The notes: generated by a model not told the origin, from the letters alone. Numbered from the stretch's first letter, positions 34,140 to 46,998 are shown. The stretch is 64,000 nt of DNA from Saprolegnia diclina VS20 (GCF_000281045.1 NW_008246084.1:687824-751823), one strand, 5' to 3'. Numbers and translations are program-made.

Positions 34140-35991
34140 ATGGAACAAGATCTGCCGCTGCGCGAGTCGCTGCTCATGGCCACCGAGCCGGCGCCCGTCC
34201 CGACGCGGGCAACGAGCGGCGCCGTAAAGCTCTCAGCGTACCTCATTGCGCTTAGCTCATTCCTCTGGGGCTACGGCTTCTCGGTGCTCAACGTCTGCAT
34301 CGCCGAGAACGCGGCTGGCTCGATCCTCGTCGACTTTGATCTTTCGGACGCCGAGATCGAGCTCGCGTCCTCGCTCGTGCTCATTGGCGCCTGGATCTCG
34401 GCGCTCTTGACAGCGTCCATGGCCGATGCGTACGGCCGCCGGAAGCTCCTCCTTGCCAACAACGTCCTCTTTGTCGGCGGCGCGATTGCGTGCGCCTGCG
34501 CCAAAACGAAAGGCGACATCTACATTGGCCGCACAATCATCGGTCTCGCTTGCGGCATTGTCACGAACGTGACGCCCATCTTGCTGGCCGAGATCGCGCC
34601 GGCCGAGAGCCGCGGCCAGATTACGACCTTGCACCAGCTCATGCTCACGATCGGCATCCTGGGCTCTTCAGTCTTGGGCTACGGCTTGGTCTCGTCCGTG
34701 GCATCCGGCTGGCGCGTACGTCCACCCGTCGTATGTATCTCGCGAAGGCTCACGGCGATTAGTATGTGAACGCGTTCGTCGCTGTGCCCGCACTCCTCCA
34801 GGTGATGCTCATGCCATGGGTCCCAGAGAGCCCGCGCTGGCTCCTCGCGAATGGCAAGGACGAAGAGGCGCGGACGCAGCTCGTGCGCCTTCGCGACGTC
34901 GTGCACGCGACAGACATTGACGTCGAGCTCAAGCAGCTACGACACGACATGCTCGCCGACAAGAGAGCGTCACCGACGGTAACGCTTGATGGTGTCCCTT
35001 GGTCTGCAATCATGACACGTGGAATAGGACATCTCCTTTTGCGGTCTCTGGGCCTTCAAGCGGCCGATGCTCATCGGGAGCTTCCTCGTCTTCTTCCAAG
35101 CGTACTCTACATATCCATCTATCCGTTCGCATCGGATACCAACCAGTGGATACATGTAGCATGACGGGCATCAACACGGTCATTCTCTACTCGTCCAAGA
35201 TCTTTCACTTTGCCGGCGTCGACCAGCCCATCATGGCGACCGCGTCCGTGGGCACGATCAACGTCCTGACGACAGTCCTTTCCGTCTTCCTCGTCGGTGC
35301 GTGTCATCTACTTGGGCTGCCTTCCTTTTGATATACTGCAAGTAGACTACTGTGGACGCAAGATCTTACTTCTCGTGAGCAGCGCGCTCATGGCACTCTC
35401 GCTCGGCGTGCTTAGCTACACGCTGCTGTACCTCAGCGACAAGCTACAGGGCATCCTCGCGGTCATCTGCGTGCTGGTCTTTGTCGCTGGCTTTGCCGTC
35501 GGCCTCGGTGCAGTGATCTGGTACCGATCTGATGACGAGTCCGATCTGATGGTCGAGATCTTATTGTGCAGGGTTGTGCTGGCCGAGATCACGCCGAGCG
35601 TCATTCGCACGCGGGCGATGGGCGTCTTCATGGCCATCAGCTACGCGTGCAACGTGTTTGTGGCTACGTGCACGCTCGGGATTATCAAGGCGCTCGGCCA
35701 CGGCCACAAGGACGTCGAGAAGAACGGCATTGCCAAGCTCTACTTGATTTGCGGGTAGGAGTTGATCGATCTGGATACCCTTTGGATAGTTGTATCGTGG
35801 ATAGGGGTCTCTCGGTGCTCTGCTTTCTCTTCATCGCCAAGTTTGTCCCCGAGACAAAAGGGCTCTCGCACGACGGTTATGACAAGCAAACTACTTATGA
35901 CGATGACGACGGCGCGACGTCCCGGCTCCGCGTCTCGAGCGACGAGGCGACGCTCCTGTCCAGCGAGAGCTCCCGCAGTAGCCGCGCGTAG
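34140..35991 (+). CDS. MFS sugar-porter family transporter, multi-exon
   Basis: ADAYGRR, LAEIAPAESRG, PESPRWL, TGINTVILYS, VDYCGRK, EITPSVIR, VPETKG. Confidence 0.92.
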
Positions 35992-36597
35992 CATCGGCCG
36001 TCGTTTGAGCAGTCGACCCTGCGTGGTTCTGTACTTAGTGGGTATGTATTAGTGATCAATACTAAATGTCGACGTACTACAGCGTTGTCCACACGAATAG
36101 TCGCGTCAAGTTCTATGTGCAACAGCTGGTGTGTAGGGCTGTGCGCTCAAGCATCTCAAGGACGTTGTGGAGGGCGGCGGAGTTGTATCTTCTCGTATTG
36201 GCTGCATGCATCAGTTGTAAAAAGCAAAATATCGCCTTCGCGATTCAAAACGCAGTAGCTCGTTGACTAACCTGATAACTAACCGGGTAGCTACCGGGGT
36301 GCACTCGACTATTCACCCAAAATGCCTGAATGGGAGGGACTACGGTGACGACTCATCAACGGTGAATTCTCGAGTTGGAGTGTTGGCACTCTGCTATGTC
36401 AAAATGTAGTCGTAGTCGCTTCATGTGGGATTCTCCCGTTTCCAGAACGACTTCGACTATAAAATGCGACATGCGCGCTCACGCCTTCATGAGGCAGCTG
36501 GTTGTCAAGTGACGAGAAAATGTAGGTCATAGAATGTATGCGCATCAGCCGGGTTTGGGGTGCTGCTTGCAAGACTCGTGCAGCACCATTGCACAAG

Positions 36598-37080
36598 ATG
36601 CTCGACATTGTAGAGATCCCAACCGAAGCGCTCTTCCTCGAGCGCACGCGCTGCTTAATGCCGACGCCGATGCCAGCAACAGTGTCAACAACGAACAAGA
36701 CCACGTGGTACTTTCTCTTGGTCGACGACAGCGACTGCGCAGTGGCCGCCGCCATCTTGTCGACGGTCCACGGCCTCTTCCTCGGACATTCCATGACGAG
36801 CGATGGCGCGGCAGCGCTGGGGCAGTACATGGCGCTGCACCAGATTGCCTCGTTCCCATCACTCCACGGTGACTTCAACTGCATGCTCGCCTTTGCTACC
36901 GGCTACGAACGGTCGCTTGGGTATGTGACGGGGAGCAACATGCCGCAGTGGCTGGACGCGCTCTACTTCAACAGCGAACTCAAGATCGACTCGTTTTGGA
37001 GCCTGGACACAGGCAAGAACCACAACCGTGCGACGACCTTGTGCCGGGCCGAGAGCGAAGGCGGCGCGATGCTCCGATGA
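36598..37080 (+). CDS. Truncated GNAT-family paralog (N-terminal half only; possible pseudogene)
   Basis: MLDIVEIPTEALFL..TTWYFLL..LGHSMTSDGAAALGQYMA aligns with the N-terminus of 55700-56584; no acetyl-CoA motif. Confidence 0.5.
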   Translation: MLDIVEIPTEALFLERTRCLMPTPMPATVSTTNKTTWYFLLVDDSDCAVAAAILSTVHGLFLGHSMTSDGAAALGQYMALHQIASFPSLHGDFNCMLAFATGYERSLGYVTGSNMPQWLDALYFNSELKIDSFWSLDTGKNHNRATTLCRAESEGGAMLR

Positions 37081-37794
37081 TTCGTATTTATATTTTCAAA
37101 TGCAAACTATTTTCATTGCAGCTCACAAAATGATAATTGTATGCTGCATTGATTCGACTGAAGAATTGCGCTGCACATTGTTACTCTACCACGCGCTACA
37201 ACTCGTGTCGGAGCATGGTCAGTCGACGGTCTATCTGTTGTCAAAAAATGACAAAAATATACACTTACCTTGATACAAAACTGTATTTCTAGAATATCGG
37301 ACTACTAGTACATGAATACGAAAGCTCTGCTGTTAATAACGTCAGAGCTCCGATGCACTGTCATACTATGGTGTAAATAGTGCTTAAATCGTCTTCAAGC
37401 CGCACTATCTTCTGATAGAGCCGTCGTGCGATGCCACGACCAGCACAAGCTTCCACACAGTGCGCCCGGCGTTGCAGCAACGACGACAACGAACGGTCGT
37501 CGCGTCTGAGTCGAATGAATCGCGACGAGTTCCATGGCGTTGGCGTTGACGAGTTCATTGCGCGTCGCTGCGCATCCTTGTACACTCTCCTCCAGTGACA
37601 GTGATGTTGGAACGACGGCAACCATGCAACATATTCGCTTCGAAAATCCCGTCGGCACGGTTCACCGAGCTTCTTCCCTTCTGCCACATCACAAGAACTT
37701 GCAGCTTCAAGGTAGAGTGATGGTCGTCGCCAGATGTTTCCGGTGTGACATGTCACGTTCTCGTGGTCGTCAACGGCCAAAGCTCCTGCCCACA

Positions 37795-38655
37795 ATGCAA
37801 TTGACGATGGTCTACGTCCGTCGACTCGACTCAGCGGCCGAGTTCTTAGACGTCACCCGCCTCGTTCGCATCTCGGTGCTCGAGGCAACCAATCACATGA
37901 GCTGCATCGCGCGCACCGATCCCACGGCCGGGTGGTTTGTCCTCGCCGACACGGCAATAACTCCCGTGTCGGCCTACGCCGTTCTGTCAAGTACCCGCGG
38001 CGTGCTTCTAAGTCCGTACATGACACCGGACGAGGCGTCGGCGCTCGCAAGGTACCTAAAGACGACCTTCTCTCTTCCGATGCCGTGCACTGTCCGTGGC
38101 CTTTCCGAAAGCGTCGCGGGGTTTGCTGCCAACACGCCGCACGACATCACCCACGAGGCGTGGCTCTACCGTCTTGACCGCGTCAAGCTCCCCGCCAACG
38201 TTGCGGGGACCCTCGTCGTCGCCACGGACGCCCATGCGGCGCAGCTTTGCGCGTGGTACAAGCTCTTTAAGCGCGAGTGCTTTGACGAATTCTTGGACGA
38301 TGACGCTGCGCCAGCATTAGTGCAACGCGGCCTCGAGCGCAAGGCGCTCTACGTCTGGAACGTTGACGGAGTTGTTGTCGGCTTTGGCGGCGTCGCGCCA
38401 CCGATGACGACGGACGGGATGACCGTATACATGCTCGGTCCGATCTTCATTGCCGCCAATGCCCGCGGCCACGGCTTTTCAAAAGGGCTCACGGCCGCCA
38501 TGAGCGCGACGCTTCTGGACACGTGCCCGACGCCGCAAGCGTCGGTTGCGCTCTACGCCGACATGAAAAACCCCGCGTCCAACGCTGCGTACAAGGCTGT
38601 GGGATTTGTTCCCATCGAACGCGACGTGACGTGTGCGCTCCGCCCCGAGCCATGA
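37795..38655 (+). CDS. GNAT acetyltransferase, bacterial-like two-domain type (copy 1)
   Basis: LGPIFIAANARGHGFSKGL (motif A), LYADMKNPASNAAYKAVGF (motif B); intronless. Confidence 0.85.
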   Translation: MQLTMVYVRRLDSAAEFLDVTRLVRISVLEATNHMSCIARTDPTAGWFVLADTAITPVSAYAVLSSTRGVLLSPYMTPDEASALARYLKTTFSLPMPCTVRGLSESVAGFAANTPHDITHEAWLYRLDRVKLPANVAGTLVVATDAHAAQLCAWYKLFKRECFDEFLDDDAAPALVQRGLERKALYVWNVDGVVVGFGGVAPPMTTDGMTVYMLGPIFIAANARGHGFSKGLTAAMSATLLDTCPTPQASVALYADMKNPASNAAYKAVGFVPIERDVTCALRPEP

Positions 38656-38945
38656 TGGGACATGTGCGATCACTTCAATTTGCAAATATAAGTCAGGGTG
38701 GTACAGCTGTAGGATTCCTGACGAGTGGAAAAGTTGTCGATATGGTAACTGTTAAATGGTCGATTGTGATCCGAATATGCACCAATGCGGTGGTGTCTCT
38801 GAGCAGAGTGCATATACGTATCAGGCACTAGTACCAGTCAGGGTACCGGCAAGGCAACGTTACACGCCTGCTCAGATGACCATGGCCGAGCCGTGGCAGT
38901 TGGTTGAAATGAAAGCGCCGTCATCCGGCCAACGATCGCAGTGGT

Positions 38946-39120
38946 NNNNNNNNNNNNNNNNNNNNNNNNNNNNNNNNNNNNNNNNNNNNNNNNNNNNNNN
39001 NNNNNNNNNNNNNNNNNNNNNNNNNNNNNNNNNNNNNNNNNNNNNNNNNNNNNNNNNNNNNNNNNNNNNNNNNNNNNNNNNNNNNNNNNNNNNNNNNNNN
39101 NNNNNNNNNNNNNNNNNNNN
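38946..39120. other. Assembly gap (N run)
   Basis: Run of n characters. Confidence 1.
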
Positions 39121-39318
39121 ATCGCAGTGGTACATGTGGTGTCACCGCGGGAATTTGCTGCACGTGGTTTGTGGACCACATGTCTTTGGGTCCAGCCGCC
39201 TTCAATAACGTAGCATTCGTGACTGTTCCCACAGCACCCTCTCCCACAGCTCCGAAAGATGAGCGTTGGTCCTCTGACATGCATGCATGCGTCTGCTCAT
39301 TATCAAAGTGTGTCTGCC

Positions 39319-40161
39319 ATGCACATCCAGCGCCTCTTCTCCGCAAGCAGTTTCTTGGACGCCACATGCCCTCTTCGCTTGACAGCGCTCGAGGCAAGCA
39401 ACCGCATCGGGTGCCTCTCGCTTCTCGATCCGTCAGCCGCGTGGTTTGTGCTCTCGGCATCGGAGACGTCGCCCATTGCTTCGTACGCTATCGTGTCGGC
39501 GTCCCGTGGCGTGCGCTTGAGCCCCCACATGGATGCTAGCGCTGCTCGGGATTTGGCTCAGCACCTACTAACGCTGCACGATCTACCCGACTTTGATTCA
39601 GTATCTGGTACACCTGAGAGCGTCCAGGGCTTTGCACTCGGCCGTGGCCACTGCACCCAAGACGATGTGCTCTACCGACTTGGCGAGCTCCAGCCCCCGA
39701 TGGAGACCCTCGGTGTCTTGGCGCTGGCGACCGCCGAGCACACTGCGCTGCTCACCGCGTGGTACGTCACATTTGTGCGCGAATGCTTTGGCGTGGATGA
39801 GCCCGAAGACAAAGCGTTGGCGTTCATTTCGCGCGGCATCACGCGCCAAGCACTCTACCTCTGGGTCGTCGACGGGTCGGTGGTTGGCTTTGGGGGGGTC
39901 GCGCCCCCCGTGACGACTGACGAGACGACCGTGTACATGCTGGGCCCGATCTTCACGGCTCCGAAGGCGCGCGGCACAGGATTCGGAAAGGCGCTCACGG
40001 CGGCCATGAGTGCGACGCTGCTCGAGGCGCGTCCGACGCCGCACGCCATCGTAACGCTCTACGCCGACTCGAAGAACCCGGCGTCGAATGCTGCGTACAA
40101 GGCGATTGGTTTTGTGGCCATCGAACGCGACGTGACGTACGAGCTGCGTGACGCGCCGTAG
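39319..40161 (+). CDS. GNAT acetyltransferase (copy 2)
   Basis: LGPIFTAPKARGTGFGKAL, LYADSKNPASNAAYKAIGF; close paralog of copy 1. Confidence 0.85.
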   Translation: MHIQRLFSASSFLDATCPLRLTALEASNRIGCLSLLDPSAAWFVLSASETSPIASYAIVSASRGVRLSPHMDASAARDLAQHLLTLHDLPDFDSVSGTPESVQGFALGRGHCTQDDVLYRLGELQPPMETLGVLALATAEHTALLTAWYVTFVRECFGVDEPEDKALAFISRGITRQALYLWVVDGSVVGFGGVAPPVTTDETTVYMLGPIFTAPKARGTGFGKALTAAMSATLLEARPTPHAIVTLYADSKNPASNAAYKAIGFVAIERDVTYELRDAP

Positions 40162-40466
40162 ACGGACGACAACGAAGAGTGACAGCTCCTCCCACGTAGT
40201 CGAAGAGCACGTCGACCAAGTGCGATGCCGTGCGCTATATAGTATGTGTGTAATCAAGGTCTTTAGCCTGCATGCTCCGCGACTCGTCCAGCAACGCATA
40301 TGGTTGCTAGTACGTCGGCACACCAAGTCGACGAGCCAAAACGAGTCGCTGCAATACACAAGTCAAGCGGTCGTATGCCAGAAATCGTGGTCGCGCCCGC
40401 CACGTCACGGCCGTCCGCGAACCGGCGTATCCGGATACCGTGCCAGCGCTGACGCGAATTCGTGCC

Positions 40467-42145
40467 ATGGACGTGCAGCACGACCCGCTGGACGCTGTGC
40501 CAGCCGCCTGCGCGCGTCGGCGGACGACGTCGCCGTCCGAAGACGATGGCGAGACCACGACGGACGATGCTACGCCACCGACGGTGCTGGCGGGCTTTCT
40601 CACATGGCAGGCCAAGGTTGTCAACACGTTCGGGCTCTCGTTTCTGACGCTGGTCGGCATGGTCTACTTTGTGCAGGGCTTTGGCAGTTTTAGCATGCTC
40701 GCGATCGCGTACTTGATGAAGGACGTGCTGAAGCTGCAGCCGGCGGCATCGCAGGCCATCATGACGACCGCGGGCTTTCCGTGGGCCATCAAGCCGCTCT
40801 ACGGCATCCTCTCCGACTCGCTGCCGCTGTGCGGCTACCGGCGCAAGTCGTACCTTGTGCTCATTAGCCTTCTCGGCCTCTGCGCCTACTTTTGGCTGCA
40901 TCTGACAACGCCGGCGACGGCGCTTGCGCAGATCACGCTCCTCATCTTGCTCGCCAGCCTCGGCACCGCGGTGAGCGACGTCATCATCGACGCCCTCGTC
41001 GTCGAAATGTCGCGTCTCGACCCCAAGAATGGTATACCGCTCAACCCCAACGATCCAAACGATTCCAACTCAATGGCTTGTATCCCATAGGCGCCAACGA
41101 CCTCCAGTCGATCACGTGGTGCATGATGTCGCTCGGTGGCATTGTCGGGTCGCTTCTCGCAGGCCCCGTCACGACCAGCTTTGGCCCCTCCCGCGTGTTC
41201 CTTGTGTCGATGCTCGGGCCCGCGACGATCTTGGTGCTCTCGCTGCTCATGAAGGAGACCAAGATCCAAGCGCAGCGCCATGGACCGAGCTGCCTGCGTC
41301 TCGCGTCGACCCAAGTCGGGCTCTTGCGCCAAGCCATGCGCGTTCCCGTCATCTGGAAGGCGGCTCTCTATATGTTTGCCTCGGGCGCCATCGCGCCGTC
41401 GTTTAGCCAAATCCAGTTTTACTATGTGACCGAAGTACTGCACTTTTCGCCCGACTTTATGGGCAACGTCCAAGCGTTGGGGTATCGATCCTCTATATTC
41501 TCTATCGTGGATACCACTTATCTCTTCGATAGGTACGTCTTCCTCATGCTGGGCACGGTTGTCTACAATACTTGGTGCAAAGACCTTCCGTTTCGCCGCA
41601 GCTTTGCGACCGCGCAGATCGGCCTCGGTGTCATTAGCCTCGTGGAGATTGTGCTCGTGACGCGCACGAATCTCACGTTGGGCATTCCCGACAAATGGTT
41701 CGTCATTGGTGACGCGATGCTGTCAGACATCATTAGCCGCCTCAAAATGATGCCCCTCCTCGTCCTCTGCTCCAAGCTCTGTCCGCGCGGAATCGAAGGC
41801 ACGTTTTTCGCGCTGCTGATGGCGGTCGCCAACCTCTCGGGCGCGGTCAGCGGCTACTGGGGCGCGACGCTCTGCACGCTCCTCGGCATTAGCCGCGACT
41901 CGTACGACAACCTCTGGTTTGCGATCTTACTGCGGAGTGTGCTCAAGCTCGTGCCGCTCACGTTTTTGTTTTTGCTGCCCGAGCATGACCCGCAGGAAGA
42001 GATCGAGGCCATGGCGCTCGCGGCGGCCGCAAGCCACCACCGCGAACTCTCCATGACCGCCGACGTCGACAACGACGACGACGGTATCGTAGACGATGAG
42101 ATTACCGACTTGCTCGCGGCCAAACAGGAGGAAGAGGGACCGTAA
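40467..42145 (+). CDS. Folate-biopterin transporter (BT1/FBT family)
   Basis: FPWAIKPLYGILSDSLPLCGYRRKSY, SDVIIDALVVE, LCPRGIEGTFFALLM; introns near 41032-41090 and probably 41483-41533. Confidence 0.93.
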
Positions 42146-42850
42146 ACATACTACAACCTTCGTTCTCGTGCGCCAGTTAAAGCAGCGTGTGCGTCCGCCC
42201 AAGAGCTCAATCAAAGCCATTGCAATCAGCATGCGCTACAGAGTTATCGCCGACGCGAGCAGTCGGCGTCATGTGCGCAATCAATCGGTGGTGGCGCCGG
42301 AACACAGTGGCACACTCCTACAGACCACAAGGACGTCACACTACCTAGGTCCTCCGTCGCGATAGCCCAGTCCGCCCCTGCCACAAAGCTATCCCTGCTC
42401 GTGTACCGCTAGACAATGCTAGCGTATCCACCTCCTGCAGCCACGGCGGTCCGTGCACTCATCCTCGCCCTTGTTGCGCGTGTAGCGTTCGCTGTTCTGC
42501 CTCTCGCGCTGCGAGGCCGCGGTGAGCCCTTCGCACGGTCCATGCGCCGGTGCTGCGTATGGCAACGCGGCGCATCTCCTGCCGCAAGGTGGTCGTCAGC
42601 GTCACTGCGTCGCAGTCCGCCTGCCGCCCGCGCCAAGATTGCGGCTGTGCCAGTAGCGCGTATGAAGTTCTTGTATCGAGGAGCCCAATCTCGCGCGTTG
42701 GGATTGGCCAAAAAGAAAATGCGCGCGCCTGATTGGGCGAGAGGTATTGGTGGTGGGTCGTATAGTGTTGGAACCAGTCATTTCACGGGACATCGATTTC
42801 TACGGGATAGCATTGTCGCCAAAGCCCAAAACTGCAAAAGCCAAACAGCT

Positions 42851-43394
42851 ATGGTAAGTTGCGTGTCCTGAGAATGCTGGCTCCAGGAAGCGCGCAGAGA
42901 GAGAGCTCATGATGCTGCTGTCTTAGTCGCTCGTGATCGGTCCTGATTTCCAACATATCCTTCGTATCCTCAACACGAACGTTGACGGTCGCCGCAAGTC
43001 GTGGGTCGCCTTGACGTCGGTGCAGGGTATCGGTCGCCGCTTCGCGATCATGATCTGCAAGAAGGCCGAAGTGGACATCCACAAGCGCGCCGGCGAGCTC
43101 ACGAACGATGAGATCGAACGCCTCGTGGCCATCATCCAGAACCCGATGCAGTTCAAGATCCCCGCGTGGTTCCTCAACCGGAAGAAGGACTTCAAGACGG
43201 GCAAGTCGTCGCAGTTGGTGGCCAACGTCTTGCACACCAAGTTGCGTGACGACCTCGAGCGCCTCAAGAAGGTCCGCATCCATCGTGGTCTCCGCCACTG
43301 GTGGGGCCTCCGCGTCCGTGGCCAGCACACGTGTACCACGGGCCGCCGCGGCCGCACGACCGTCGGTCTCCTCGCCGACAAGGGCAAGAAGTAA
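42851..43394 (+). CDS. RPS18: 40S ribosomal protein S18 (uS13)
   Basis: ATG, intron 42854-42926, then [49 protein letters not shown]. Confidence 0.98.
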
Positions 43395-43985
43395 ATTGGC
43401 GACTAATTTACGACTCTTACGAGCTGTGGTGCCCAAGGCCATCTCCCTGGTCCTGGGCGCTGCCTGCCTCGCGTTTTGACTGTTGGGCGATAACAAAACT
43501 TGGCGTTAAAACAATACAACGTACTGCTTTAACCCACTCGACTGCCTCCTCATCTAGGTCTGCCCGCCGTATCCAACTGCACACGCCCGCCTGCTACCGA
43601 CGCAGGATGGCAAGCCAACGAGAGCACTCGTTAGATACTCGTCACTGGAGTGATCGACGATTTAGCGTCAAAGCGTCGTCCTGAAGACAACTTGTCCATC
43701 ACAAAATGGTGTCTTCGGGCGCCTTCGCCGTCGTGGCTTGGTTCGCCGCCGCAAGCACCAGTCCCATACGCCGCAGCAGCACCTCGTACCTGGCTGCAGC
43801 ACCTCTACCTCGTCGCCGCAGCAGTGCTGCAAGTGGAGCATCGAGCGGCCTCGGCAGTCCGCTCAGCGCTTATCCCGACCGACCTTGCCATGCCAGCGAC
43901 TTGCGATCTCGGAGCAGACGTCGGGCGTAATAAAATAAGATGTCCGTGAAAAGTATTTAAATAGCACGTGGATCCCGACTGGAGG

Positions 43986-44917
43986 ATGATGGCGAGCGGG
44001 AAGGACGTGGACGCCGATGGCCCATGTAGGTGGTCCCATGCTCGGGGAAGCGCGCCTCATGGAGCCTCTTGCATGGACTAGTAGTACCGTCGTCGTCGGC
44101 AGCCGCGGGCTTGAGCATCACGATCCCGTCGTCGTCGTCGGGGCCGCCGCCGACGCCGATGCCACTGGCGAGCCTCCCGAGCGTGAACCCGCCGCTGTAC
44201 TTTGGCGTCGTCGAGAGCGCGGTCTTCCGCAGCAACAAGTTTGACGCAACGTCCTTCTCGTTCATCTCGAGCCTCGGGCTCAACACGGTCGTGTACCTCT
44301 CGAGCGACGACCTCGGGCGCGAGCTCTCGGACTTCTTCAAGGACAAGGACATTACGGTCTGCCACCTCGGCGCCAAGTACCGCAACGTCCGTACTCTCTC
44401 GGAGGGCATGGCGAAGGAAGCGATCGAGATCATCTTGGACCAGCGCAAGTACCCGGTCCTCATCATGTGCAAGACGGGCATCCACATCTCGGGGTACACT
44501 CTTCAATTCTCAAGGACGAGGTAGATGCATGCATGCACTAGATCGATCGTTGGCTGCCTGCGCCGGCTCCAGAACTGGAGCTTGACCTCGACGATCGACA
44601 AGTACCGGAACCTCGCGGGCACGACCAAGACCAAGTTTGAGAACGAGCAGTTCATCGAGTTCTTTGACGTCGACCTCGTGACGCTGCCGCCCCACCTCCC
44701 CGAGTGGTTTGTCCTCAACCAAAAGCTCATGGAGGAGGAGCGCGCGGCCTTGGTGCGCAAGGAGTGCTTCCCCGGCGTTCTCCTCACGGGCACGGACGCG
44801 GACAAGGCCATTCCCGCCTACCAGCGCTACTACTTTTCGACCCAAGGCCCGCTCACGTCGCCGTCCGTGACCTTTTCCGAAAAGCTCAGCCTCATTGGCG
44901 ACGACGACGGCGACTAA
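43986..44917 (+). CDS. Siw14/OCA-family (Y_phosphatase2) protein, probable pseudophosphatase
   Basis: NPPLYFGVVESAVFRS, LGLNTVVYLS, YPVLIMCKTGIHISG, VGCLRRLQNWSLTSTIDKYR, NEQFIEFFD. Start exon uncertain. Confidence 0.8.
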
Positions 44918-45064
44918 TCGACTACGTGTCCTTGCTCCTCATCTTCCTTGCGTTCTGTGGGTTCTCAGGGCTACGACGTCGACATATGCATTGGGCTGCG
45001 TTGTATGCATGACGCATGCACAGGACAAAGACGCTAGGAAGATGCAGGAACAGCGTTGACGCGC

Positions 45065-46079
45065 TTAGGTGAGGTCGTCGTGCATGTCACCCGCGATCGC
45101 CTCCTTGACGCGCAGCAGGATCGTCACCTTCCACGGGTCGAGCTTCGTGATCGTGTCAAACTCGTACACGGCGTCCGAGAAGCCGTCCGTGTTGAAGGTC
45201 TCGTACGCGGTCGCCATGGCCTGGAGCGCGATGAGCATGCACAGAGGAAGAAGATGACGTACCGCGACAAACTTGCCTTCGCGCGAGTCGCCAAACGAGT
45301 AGTCAATGTCGTTGTACTCGTCGAGCTTTTGCTTGACGAGCACCATGTCCTTGGTCGCGAGCGCGCAAATCGCTGCGTTCATGAGGTGCGATTTGGCGTT
45401 GTACTTGAGGAGGTTGTTCTCCATCGCACTCCGCGCGACCTTTTCGTTGATCTCCATGGCCTCGGGGTACTTTTCGAGCTGCGCCGAAAACTGCGCGACC
45501 TTGAGGAACATTGGTTGCGCCGACGAGTTTTGGTTCTCGCCGACAAAGTACTCGGCCGCCTGGCCGTACGCTTCGAGCGCGTCCTGCATATGGTCGCCGT
45601 GCTCGTAAATCTCGGCAATCTGCTTCTGGAGCTTGGCCGCGTTCGAGAAGCGGCCGGCCTCGCACTGCATACTAATGGCTGTCTTGTAGTACGTAATTGC
45701 ATCTACACGACGCGGTCATGAGCCAAGAGACCATGGCGAGACGATGGACCGCACCGAGCGGGTTGGCCTTGGACGTGGCCTCGGCCGCTTGCTGGTAAAA
45801 CTGCGCGGCCCGCGACGACTCCTTCAAGCGCATTTGGCAGTCGGCGCAGCGCGCAAAGCACTCGCCCGACTCTTGCCCTACGCAGCGTCATGCGCCATGC
45901 TTCCTCATGGCAGCAGTCGCCTTACACTTCTTGGCAATCTTGAACTGGTTCGCCGCCTTCTCAAAGCACTCGGACGCATCCTCGTACTTGGAGCTGCTCG
46001 AGAAGATGGAGAAGCGGTTCAGCGCCTTCTCGCCGGCCTTGATGAAGTCCTCGGCCTTGATCTCTGCCTGCGCCGCCAT
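45065..46079 (-). CDS. NAPA: Alpha-soluble NSF attachment protein (alpha-SNAP/Sec17), multi-exon
   Basis: SKYEDASECFEKAANQFKIAK, GRFSNAAKLQKQIAEIYE, LLKYNAK, FGDSREGK, LDPWKVTILLRVK, C-terminal DDLT. Confidence 0.95.
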
Positions 46080-46831
46080 GCTGCTGGATGAAGAATACCA
46101 AGCCGTTGCCAAACCGACCGGTCCTTTTAAAAAGCTATTCGTGCCTTTTCATACAAATAACAAGCTGTAATTAAATGTGCGCATTATATACTGCCTTCTC
46201 CACTGCAAGCACCGTCATTTTTCGGTGCCACTAGAATCACGCCATTTTGTATTGGTACGCGCCTTCATGGCGCAGCAACTACTCGAGCGAGCGTAGTGTT
46301 TCCCAAACACGCGTATTGAATCTATGGATAGCTTGTCAGCTAGACAGATCGACTAAAATCTGCCCAAATACACGCACAGCACAGACGTAGTTCGTCTTGA
46401 GTGGCGTGATTTTAATCTATCTGAATTTGACAGCGCTTGCAGTAACCAATCAGACGCCGCCGGGTCATTCTCGACTTGGCGCCAAGCTCCGGACGAGCTC
46501 ACCAGCGCAAGGGACTCGTGCGCGACTGATGGCAGTAATTCCGCATCGGATGAACCGACTGCATTTTCTCATCAACCTATATAACTACCTATGCGACTAC
46601 ATCCTTGTACCTGCTTTTCATCGCGACGAGAAAACCTCACGCTTGGTTGCGCCGACAGTGCACTCCTCTACTTCCTGGCGGCAGCGTTTGCAGCTGAGCA
46701 ACGACACACGTGACCCACTGTCAATGCAACACTAGTACTGTGCGTAGTGCTGTCGATCTATAAGAATAATAGTTGTAGGGGAGTCGTCATTGTAGATGTA
46801 CCATGCCACCTTGGGTTAGCCGCCGAGCGGT

Positions 46832-46998
46832 TGGATGCGCCACAAAGTTGGCCACCAGGTTTGTCGACGTCGGTTGCAACCTCGATTCCCTCTTGGCTTT
46901 ACAACGCAAGGGTGCGGTGGTGGGAATGAAGTCGACAGCTTGGAGCGAGGTTTCAACCGACGTCGACAAACCTGGTGGCCAACTTTGTGGCGCATCCA
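46832..46998. repeat. Long inverted repeat (53-bp arms, 1 mismatch, 61-nt spacer)
   Basis: 46832-46884 is the reverse complement of 46946-46998; the outer 45 bp pair perfectly. Confidence 0.95.

Noticed and set aside
42854..42926. Possible intronic snoRNA in RPS18 (contains atgatg and ctga)
   Set aside because: The intron is only 73 nt and the box C/D-like motifs are in the wrong order.
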